This document shows positions 30,920-38,344 of a stretch of 64,000 bases of DNA, in pieces. The notes below the pieces were generated by a model. That model was not told the origin of the DNA, made no database searches, and saw only the letters and a list, made by a program, of their open reading frames with translations. Both the position numbers and the translations under genes were made by a program. Numbering within the stretch: position 1 is the first letter of the stretch; every line of letters begins with the position of its first letter. This DNA is from Bacteroidia bacterium. GTDB lineage: Bacteria > Bacteroidota > Bacteroidia > NS11-12g > UBA9320. The stretch spans positions 32,001 through 96,000 of the forward strand of contig CBDCFW010000004.1 of assembly GCA_965216465.1 (NCBI GenBank). The letters run 5' to 3'.

Positions 30920-32092
30920 TTAGTCTTTCTTCGATTGCTCTTTTAAGGTGTTTAATACATCCTTACTAAACGAAGCCTTTTCTGGCGACTTAGCCTCTTC
31001 GTGTTCAATGAATTCTTGTTGCTTTTTAATGAGTCTTTCAAGTTGAACTTCGTTATCTAATCGTTCTTTTTTAAGTTCATCTAATTTGGCTTTTTGTTCA
31101 GCTGCAGATAAGCCTTCAAACTCGTCTGGAAGTTCTTCTTTTTTAATACTGTCAAGGTCTACTTTCTTATCAATTACATCTTGAACTAATTCCTTTTTGC
31201 CGTATCGATTGATTTTGCCAGACTTTGTTCTGTTGTATTTGGCCCGTGCCGTATTCGCTTCTGCACTAGCATCACTATAGAATGCCATGCCTTTACTTTT
31301 TTTATCGTACATGAATACTTTTTCAGAGCGGGAACCATAATAAATCTTCGATTCGTCAATACGGTAATTGTAGTAATTAATACTGTCGTCGTATGGTGTT
31401 TTGATGACGTAATCTTCGGCATGTTGCCCTATTTGTGTAAATGCACCTTGGGTTATAGCAGCTATCTTAGTGAAGTGAGGAATGGCTTCTTGACAAGCAG
31501 TTCCTAGCTTTATGCTGTTTATGATGATGTGCTTCTCATTGGCAAGCTCGCAAGACTCTTCGTATTTAACTTCATCATAATCCATATGCGGCGGACAGTC
31601 TCCAACTAAGAAAATGGTTCTAAAAGCATTATCACTTGAACTCCATTTCATTTGATCAACCGCTTCATGTAAAGCTTGATTAACACTTTCTGGAGCATCA
31701 CCTCCTCCCATAGCATCTATTTGTAGTAATTCAGAGTATATGCTGTCAATATTCTCTGTAAGGGGGTAAGAACGTGTAATAAATGCATCTCCTCGATCAC
31801 GATAAAAGATCATTCCAATTTTTACAGAACTTACTTCTTGACTTTGTGCAATGCCTGTTGCGATATCCCAGATTTTGTCTTTAGCAGTTTGAATTAAACC
31901 AGCCATACTTCCTGTTGCATCCAAACAAAATACAACTTCATAATCTTTACGAATAGAATCTTGGTGTGCTACTGCTGCGGCGATGCTGTCGCTTTCTTCA
32001 GTTGCTGCTTGAGCCTCATTTTGAGGGTTAGAGCATGATGTAAAAAAGAAAAGTCCTAATGAGGTAAATAGAATTAAAGATTTCAGCTTCAT
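30920..32092 (-). CDS. vWA-domain lipoprotein
   Basis: Lipobox-like 'FFTSC', MIDAS 'CLDATGSM', 'GGGDAPE', 'LVGDCPPH', C-terminal coiled coil. Confidence 0.8.
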   Translation of the reverse strand: MKLKSLILFTSLGLFFFTSCSNPQNEAQAATEESDSIAAAVAHQDSIRKDYEVVFCLDATGSMAGLIQTAKDKIWDIATGIAQSQEVSSVKIGMIFYRDRGDAFITRSYPLTENIDSIYSELLQIDAMGGGDAPESVNQALHEAVDQMKWSSSDNAFRTIFLVGDCPPHMDYDEVKYEESCELANEKHIIINSIKLGTACQEAIPHFTKIAAITQGAFTQIGQHAEDYVIKTPYDDSINYYNYRIDESKIYYGSRSEKVFMYDKKSKGMAFYSDASAEANTARAKYNRTKSGKINRYGKKELVQDVIDKKVDLDSIKKEELPDEFEGLSAAEQKAKLDELKKERLDNEVQLERLIKKQQEFIEHEEAKSPEKASFSKDVLNTLKEQSKKD

Positions 32093-32153
32093 GCATAGAT
32101 AACTGAAATCTCAAGGTGCTTAGTATGGATTTAAAGATCTTCGTTCTATCGAA

Positions 32154-34562
32154 CTATCCAAAATACCCATAACGAGGGTACAAGAATTCTGTACCGGTAA
32201 TCTTACCTAATCCTTCTGCATAATGACGCATAGCTTCTACAAGCCCTGGAATTAACATGTGATTCTCGTTACTGTCTGTTGGGAAGAGAGCCTTCCATCC
32301 ATTGAAAGTACCTAGGCTAAGATCAAAGTCTTGAAGTTGTTCATACAACCCAGTAATTCTTCCGCAGTAAGCTAATAAACCACTGGTGTTGTAATGGTAG
32401 TTCTCTTCAAGGTTTTTAGCATTCTTTATTTTTAAAGCGTTGATAGCTTTTCTAAAATCTTTAGCCGTTGTAAGTACTCGAATATCATCAGTTAACCCAC
32501 CTGTGAACGACTTAGCCGTGTTAAGAATAGCATTTGGTCTGAGATCAACAAATCCATTGTTACAGATTAACCAGTTAATGAAATCTTCTTTGTCTAAACG
32601 GTAGGTTTTGCAAATTTCTTCAATGGTTTCTAACAGCGTATAGTTATTTGTTAAGATTAAATCTAACGGAGCAAAATAAGGTCCTGCAATAATCTCATCT
32701 TTACCTTCAGAATTGGTGAAAATGATAGGCGTACCCAGTGAGGTAATCGCTCGAACTGTTTGCGTAATTGCTGTATGCAAACCGTTGTAGAAAGTTTTAA
32801 TAAAGCCTTTAAGTTCCCCTTTAAATCCTGTAAAGGCCGCAACGTCTTCAACGGTTTTAATGGTCAACATTTGCCCAAAGGTTGCTGCTAACCCATTGAT
32901 GTCCTTTCCATAATCAAGTACATCCTCGAGTAATAACTCGGGAGTATTGTGGTCAACAAATTGACGCACTTCTTGCTCTTTATATTTAGATGTAACTAAC
33001 GTTGAAACAAGTTTTGGACTTAAGTTTTTAAGCTTATGCATCAAGATAAATAAGCCGTGCATATGCAACTCAGCCTGATGTTTACTTGAACCCAATTCTT
33101 GGAAAGCTTTTGTAGTAAATGCACTGGTTTGGTAACGTCTAAACTCTTTACGGTTGTTGAGTAATGCAAAAACCAAACTTGAGTTATCGGTTTGGGTATA
33201 GTAGCAAATTCCATGTTCATCGAACCATGGGCTTTGCTGGTCGTCACCTAAAAATGCATTGTAAACCAAAACGTGAGCTAGCTCTTCTTGAGATGCAATT
33301 TTCATGTTAAGGTATAGGGAGTAGGCATTGTCTAAAGAAAAGAGACCATTCTCACCACTTCGAAGTGCATAGTTTACATTTAAACTTGGGATATTGTCTT
33401 TTTCATTCCCGAAATTAAAATCTGTCTTTTCAGCAGGATTACCTTTTTCATCAACTACCGGATGCTGTGTAGATACGGTCTTCGATGGAAAGATTTTATT
33501 CAATAAGCGTTGCCCTTTTTTATCTTGAGTAAGTTTCAGGTCAAAAGGTAAAGTGTTGTCTTCATCAGCTATTCTAAACTTACGAGATACACCGCTGCTC
33601 AAAGGCAAGGTGCTGCTTTGGTAGATGTAATCAATTCCAATCGCCGAAGCAGTTACTAAACTTTTTAGTCCAAAGTTTGAATAATGAATGGTAAGCTCAT
33701 TTGCATAGAATTGCTTCTCTTTTAGTAAGTCACCTAAAGAGGAGTGAGCATATCCTAGCTTAATTACAGGTTCGCCACCAATAATTTGGTACATACCTCC
33801 AACAGAGGTAGTGTGTGCCATTAAAACTTCTTCAGAATGATGCTTTTTGATATCTCCAAAGTCTTCAGCAAGACCTTTCAGAATTTCTTTTTTAATTGAA
33901 CGCTCGATAGTTTTTTCGGTATCGCCGTCAGACAAGCCGTGTTTATCTAATAATCGATCAATTGACTCAAAGTGATAAGTCGCAACACTTGGAACAGGAA
34001 TACCGCTAAATACTGCACGAAGCTTTTCGTCTTCGTCAAGACCTAGCTTGGTTTTAATTTCCTTTATATATGCTTCAAATGGAGAAGTGGTTCGTGACGC
34101 TTCCGAAATAAGAAAGTCAATCTTCTCTTGTTTATCGTTAATGCCGTTAAGAGCTTCTTCCAAATTGGTTTGAAACTTTGGAGCAGCTAATAGAATTCTG
34201 AAATGCAGAAGAACAAATCCATCAAACAGAAGCAATAATTTGTCGCTTTCTTTTTCAAGGGTTTCAAACTGTTGCTTGCCAAATACTTGATAAAGTTTTG
34301 TGCAGAATTGCTCTATTTGATCAAAGTTTATACCGGTTATTACCAGCTCTGGTTTTTGGTCTGAAAGAACAGGACTTGAATTCTTGATGTACGAGAACGA
34401 ATCAAGAACCTCAATTACAGCTTGACCACCAACAGCACCGGTACCGCCAAAGAATACCATTTTAAAGTTAAACGGATTGGCATTTTTGCCAGATGCAAGT
34501 TCTTTTAGTTTTAAGTAAAAGGACTGGTGTTTGTGTTTTATAAAATCGTCTTTTGTTAGCAT
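32154..34562 (-). CDS. 802-aa hypothetical protein with N-terminal Rossmann-like motif
   Basis: Long uninterrupted ORF; 'MVFFGGTGAVGG' glycine loop; own TATCTTTG element at 34595-34588. Confidence 0.7.
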   Translation of the reverse strand: MLTKDDFIKHKHQSFYLKLKELASGKNANPFNFKMVFFGGTGAVGGQAVIEVLDSFSYIKNSSPVLSDQKPELVITGINFDQIEQFCTKLYQVFGKQQFETLEKESDKLLLLFDGFVLLHFRILLAAPKFQTNLEEALNGINDKQEKIDFLISEASRTTSPFEAYIKEIKTKLGLDEDEKLRAVFSGIPVPSVATYHFESIDRLLDKHGLSDGDTEKTIERSIKKEILKGLAEDFGDIKKHHSEEVLMAHTTSVGGMYQIIGGEPVIKLGYAHSSLGDLLKEKQFYANELTIHYSNFGLKSLVTASAIGIDYIYQSSTLPLSSGVSRKFRIADEDNTLPFDLKLTQDKKGQRLLNKIFPSKTVSTQHPVVDEKGNPAEKTDFNFGNEKDNIPSLNVNYALRSGENGLFSLDNAYSLYLNMKIASQEELAHVLVYNAFLGDDQQSPWFDEHGICYYTQTDNSSLVFALLNNRKEFRRYQTSAFTTKAFQELGSSKHQAELHMHGLFILMHKLKNLSPKLVSTLVTSKYKEQEVRQFVDHNTPELLLEDVLDYGKDINGLAATFGQMLTIKTVEDVAAFTGFKGELKGFIKTFYNGLHTAITQTVRAITSLGTPIIFTNSEGKDEIIAGPYFAPLDLILTNNYTLLETIEEICKTYRLDKEDFINWLICNNGFVDLRPNAILNTAKSFTGGLTDDIRVLTTAKDFRKAINALKIKNAKNLEENYHYNTSGLLAYCGRITGLYEQLQDFDLSLGTFNGWKALFPTDSNENHMLIPGLVEAMRHYAEGLGKITGTEFLYPRYGYFG

Positions 34563-34609
34563 TATTTCCTGTCTAATTTAGGGCAGGCAAAGATAACAAA
34601 AGAGTGGTT

Positions 34610-34981
34610 TTATGCAGCCACATTGAAATAATTATATAACAGTGATTTTAACTGATTCATATTAGAGGGTTTAGACAAGTAATCGTTTATACCGCCAGCT
34701 TCTAAATCGCTTTCAATTTCGTTGTATGGAAGGCTGGTAAATGCTACTATTGGAGTAGTAGAATCTGACTCACGAATCGCTTTGCTTGTTTCAAATCCGT
34801 TGAGTTTAGGCATAATGATGTCTAATAATATTAAATCGTAGTAATCTTCTTTATAAGCAGATAGAGCAGAAATACCGTCATAAGCTATTGTGTTTTCAAT
34901 GTTAAGGTCGTTTAAGATTTGAGCAATCGAACTTGCTAAAATTTGATTGTCTTCAGCAATCAATACTTTGTAGTTTGACAT
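34610..34981 (-). CDS. Single-domain (CheY-like) response regulator
   Basis: 'VLIAEDN', phosphoacceptor 'LLDIIMPKLNG', 'AFTS', 'YLSKP'; no output domain. Confidence 0.92.
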   Translation of the reverse strand: MSNYKVLIAEDNQILASSIAQILNDLNIENTIAYDGISALSAYKEDYYDLILLDIIMPKLNGFETSKAIRESDSTTPIVAFTSLPYNEIESDLEAGGINDYLSKPSNMNQLKSLLYNYFNVAA

Positions 34982-35015
34982 TTGTTAATAGTTGTAGTTT
35001 AGGTAGAAATATTAT

Positions 35016-35032
35016 TTCAAACCTTTTGCCAA
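35016..35032 (-). promoter_or_regulatory. Putative sigma54 (-24/-12) promoter of the response regulator
   Basis: Minus strand reads TTGGCAAAAGGTTTGAA with exact -24/-12 spacing (GA instead of GC at -12); predicted +1 near 35005. Confidence 0.6.
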
Positions 35033-35112
35033 AATACCAAAATATCTTGAAAGTAGTTGAAAATCAGAATATTGAAGCTAGTGTGGCAAGAAGAGTTGTC
35101 AGGATTATGGGT

Positions 35113-35643
35113 CTACAATTTAGATAAAATTCCAGAATTTAGACTAGCAAACTTCTTTAGCGAGGTCCACATGGCCATCTTTTCTTCTTTTGATTTCAAA
35201 GCTTCCATATTGGGTGAAAAAAGAATGTTTGAATGTTTCTGAGATAACAGTTCTTGTTCTTTCGTCGGCGACAATCCGATGGTCCAAATGCAATCGTATT
35301 GGTCTATAGAATTGGGTACGTCGTTTTCACCAATAATATACTTCGAACAATTGGGGTAAGATAGGGCACCAATAGTTTTAGAAAAATTGGAATTAGCTTG
35401 CTTGAGTTCATCTTTGATGTTATCGCTAGCTATGATAATAAATGGATGTTTCTCGACAATATTAGGCTCAATTTTCTGCTCTTTTTGAGGTTCGTTGAAT
35501 TGCTCGCCTGGGTCTTCAGCTTGAACAGGTTCAGGCTCTGTTGCGGGTTTATCAACTTGTACTTGAGCTTCTTGTCTATCTTGAGGAAGAATTACGAGCC
35601 TTTTGTACAGCAAAGAAATATCATCGGAATTCGGTTCGAACAC
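35113..35643 (-). CDS. Hypothetical protein
   Basis: 176-aa ORF with GTG start 4 nt after TACCTTTG (35655-35648); Pro/Glu-rich linker; ends 'KMAMWTSLKKF'. Confidence 0.65.
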   Translation of the reverse strand: MFEPNSDDISLLYKRLVILPQDRQEAQVQVDKPATEPEPVQAEDPGEQFNEPQKEQKIEPNIVEKHPFIIIASDNIKDELKQANSNFSKTIGALSYPNCSKYIIGENDVPNSIDQYDCIWTIGLSPTKEQELLSQKHSNILFSPNMEALKSKEEKMAMWTSLKKFASLNSGILSKL

Positions 35644-35697
35644 AGAACAAAGGTATAAACATTCTGAAATTAATTGAATTGGGCTTACCTTTGGCCC

Positions 35698-36747
35698 GTG
35701 AATATAGTGTTCTCTCCAGTTGAAGAATCTCGATTATCTCAGGTCGACTTCAACAATCTTGAATTTGGAAAAATCTTTACAGACTACATGTTAGTATCGT
35801 CTTACGATGGAACATCTTGGTCAGATTATAGTATTGAGCCTCTGAAACCATTACCTATTCATCCAGGAGCGTCAATGCTTCACTACGGGCAAACCGTTTT
35901 TGAAGGACTAAAAGCATATAAGTCTGATAATGACCAAGTAAATCTTTTTAGATTGAGAGATAACATGGAAAGATTGAATACCTCGGCAGAAAGAATGCAG
36001 ATGGCACAAATAAATGTAGATGATGCTATAGCTGGTATTACTCGATTTGTAGAAGAACAAAAAGATTGGATTCCAACTAAGAATAATGGTTCGCTCTACG
36101 TTCGTCCATTTATCATTTCTACAGATGATACCTTGAGAGCCAAGCCAAGTGATACGTATAAATTCATTGTTATTGCCTGTCCTGTAGGTTTCTATTATGA
36201 TAATCCCTTAAAAATTTACTTAGAACGTAAGTTTAAAAGAGCTGCTACCGGCGGAGTAGGGTACGCAAAAGCCGGTGGAAATTATGGAGCGTCATTCTAT
36301 CCTGGGGAAAAGATTAAGCACGATGGGTTTGATCAAATCTTATGGACCGATATAACGAACGACTATACACTCGAAGAATTAGGTTCTGCCAACTTCTTTT
36401 ATATGCGTGGTAATGTCTTGGTTACTCCGAAATTAAGAGATAGTATTCTAAAAGGAATTACACGCGATTCAATTATTCAACTGGCAAAAGACCAAGGCAT
36501 CGAAGTAAGTGAAGAGTTAATTACAGCAAAGCATTTTGAAGAAGATCTTTTTCATGGAAGAGTGAAGTGTATGTTCGCCACAGGTACTGCCGCTTCAGTT
36601 ACTTTTGTAAATTCAATAACAATTGATGACAATACGTACACCGTTGATTCAGTTCAGCATGAAGCTGTTCAAGCGTTAAAAGCAAAGATTGATGGAATTA
36701 AGTTCTTGGAAGAGACGGATGCCCACAATTGGAATTTTCTAGTGTAA
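35698..36747 (+). CDS. ilvE: Branched-chain amino acid aminotransferase; probable GTG start at 35698
   Basis: 'FGKIFTDYM', 'LHYGQTVFEGLKAY', 'SLYVRPF', PLP lysine 'AKAGGNY', 'ILKGITRDS', 'TGTAA'. Confidence 0.93.
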   Translation: MNIVFSPVEESRLSQVDFNNLEFGKIFTDYMLVSSYDGTSWSDYSIEPLKPLPIHPGASMLHYGQTVFEGLKAYKSDNDQVNLFRLRDNMERLNTSAERMQMAQINVDDAIAGITRFVEEQKDWIPTKNNGSLYVRPFIISTDDTLRAKPSDTYKFIVIACPVGFYYDNPLKIYLERKFKRAATGGVGYAKAGGNYGASFYPGEKIKHDGFDQILWTDITNDYTLEELGSANFFYMRGNVLVTPKLRDSILKGITRDSIIQLAKDQGIEVSEELITAKHFEEDLFHGRVKCMFATGTAASVTFVNSITIDDNTYTVDSVQHEAVQALKAKIDGIKFLEETDAHNWNFLV

Positions 36748-37103
36748 AAGTATTTAACGTGATAGAAGAGCTTAGCTAGTTGAGTAAGTTTACTATTTGC
36801 GGGTCATTCTTCATTTGTAAAGAGCACAAAACCAGCATTTTATAATTTCGTTGGGTATCTTAATTTTTTATGTCATCCCAAAATGAGACAATTTAACTAT
36901 TCCACATTTAGGCTTGCAAAGTGTTGATAATCTTGGAATTTCCTTTAAATCGGGAGAAATTATCTAAATTTATACCAGATATGGCACATTGGAAAAGTGT
37001 TCGAATTCTGCCATAATTCTAAAAATTAGAATAAAGTGTCTATAAATGGGAATATTTTGAGGGGTTAAAAATGTTAATCGACTGATAATCAGCATAGTTA
37101 ACT

Positions 37104-37120
37104 TTGGCATCATATTTTCA
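37104..37120 (+). promoter_or_regulatory. Putative sigma54 (-24/-12) promoter
   Basis: TTGGCATCATATTTTCA with exact -24/-12 spacing (TC instead of GC at -12). Predicted +1 near 37131 coincides with the start of a hairpin. Confidence 0.6.
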
Positions 37121-37129
37121 TATATAGTA

Positions 37130-37230
37130 GTGTACCGCAAGGTACGCATGGTTAATAATTTTCATCATAAGTAGTAGTTTAGTATTTTATCTTTGAAATT
37201 AAGTCCTGGTCTATAAGGCCGGGACTTTTT
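37130..37230 (+). ncRNA. Candidate sigma54-dependent small RNA, ~100 nt ('sRNA-A')
   Basis: 5' hairpin GUGUACC-GCAA-GGUACGC (GNRA loop), A/U-rich middle, 3' terminator. G-U pairs in both hairpins form only on the + strand. Confidence 0.62.
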
Positions 37231-37234
37231 ATTT
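37201..37234 (+). terminator. Intrinsic terminator closing the candidate sRNA
   Basis: AAGUCCUGGUC-UAUAA-GGCCGGGACUU followed by UUUAUUU; about 450 nt downstream of the ilvE stop. Confidence 0.8.
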
Positions 37235-37257
37235 CGTTAAATTTCTACACTAAAAAC

Positions 37258-38334
37258 TTGAATTTCAGAGCTTATACATATTTCCTACTTGTTTCAATAC
37301 TGCTACTATATCCAAAATTAAGTAGATCTCAACTTTATGAATTAACGGGAGAAGACTTCTATGTTTACTTCGATTCTGATAGCTACGAGCTTACAAAAAA
37401 ACAGCAAGAGGTAATTAAACAGAAGCTAATTGGTATCGGAACAACCAACATCAAGGAGATTTATATTGAAGGGCATACCGATAGTTTTGCTTCAGATAAG
37501 TACAACCAAGTATTAGCTCAACATCGAGCAGAAGCAACTTCAGCATACTTGTTAAGACTGGGTGTGCCTGAAAGATTTATAAAACTTGAAAGTTTCGGAG
37601 AGTCTCAACTCATTTCAGATAACCAGCAGAATAATAGACGTGCAAAAATTTATGTTGTGCACGAAACAGATTTAAAGTCAGTGGTATATCCTCCAAAGTT
37701 TATACGTGTTCGTACAATCAATAGCCAGACTAAAAAGCCTATAAAGGCAAATTTGGGCTTTGGCTATAAGGATAAAGAAATGAAGTTTAGCTCAACTGAT
37801 CGATACGGCTACTCACCGGTGCTTTCTTTGTTGAGTGGTGATCTTGAAATTTCTGCTTCTTCAGATTATTACTTGAGTCAATACATGAAACTTCCTCCGG
37901 GTGATGTCGATAAGCCAGTAGATACACTCGATTATGTTCTTGAACTGGTGCCGGTTAAAATTACAGGGAAGTTTACCTTTAACAGCATCTATTTCTTCAC
38001 CGATAGTGACTCAATTCGACCAGAATCAACCACAGAGCTTCACAAGCTACTAGCAGTATTACAACGCAATAACAGTGCCTACATAGAAATTCAAGGACAC
38101 ATGAATTATCCTATAGACCGCCCTAGAAGTAGCGTACAAGACCGTTACAATATGGAACTGAGTTACAAACGTGCAAAGGCAGTAAATGACTTCTTGGTTC
38201 GAAGTGGAATTGATCAAGAGCGATTAACCTATAGAGGAATGAGTAATACACGAATGAAATTTCCGCTACCTGGAAGTAAGGCTGAAGAAGATCAAAATAA
38301 GCGAGTTGAAGTGTATACGCTTAAGCCCTTATAA
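37258..38334 (+). CDS. Exported protein with two OmpA-like peptidoglycan-binding domains
   Basis: Signal peptide; 'IEGHTD...YNQVLAQHRA...NRR' and 'IQGHMN...NMELSYKRA...NKRVEV'. Confidence 0.85.
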   Translation: MNFRAYTYFLLVSILLLYPKLSRSQLYELTGEDFYVYFDSDSYELTKKQQEVIKQKLIGIGTTNIKEIYIEGHTDSFASDKYNQVLAQHRAEATSAYLLRLGVPERFIKLESFGESQLISDNQQNNRRAKIYVVHETDLKSVVYPPKFIRVRTINSQTKKPIKANLGFGYKDKEMKFSSTDRYGYSPVLSLLSGDLEISASSDYYLSQYMKLPPGDVDKPVDTLDYVLELVPVKITGKFTFNSIYFFTDSDSIRPESTTELHKLLAVLQRNNSAYIEIQGHMNYPIDRPRSSVQDRYNMELSYKRAKAVNDFLVRSGIDQERLTYRGMSNTRMKFPLPGSKAEEDQNKRVEVYTLKPL

Positions 38335-38344
38335 TTTCTCATCA

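Noticed and set aside
36982-36997. TGGCAC as a second sigma54 -24 box
   Set aside because: No TTGC-like -12 element at the required spacing (the sequence reads GAAAAG there).
37118-37168. Minus-strand 16-codon ORF MMKIINHAYLAVHYYI
   Set aside because: No minus-strand promoter or terminator was seen, and the G-U pairs and U tract indicate + strand transcription.
37148-37174. Micro-ORF MVNNFHHK on the + strand inside sRNA-A, read as a His leader peptide/attenuator
   Set aside because: The downstream gene is unrelated to histidine, I found no antiterminator pairing, and there are only two His codons. Not excluded without Ribo-seq.
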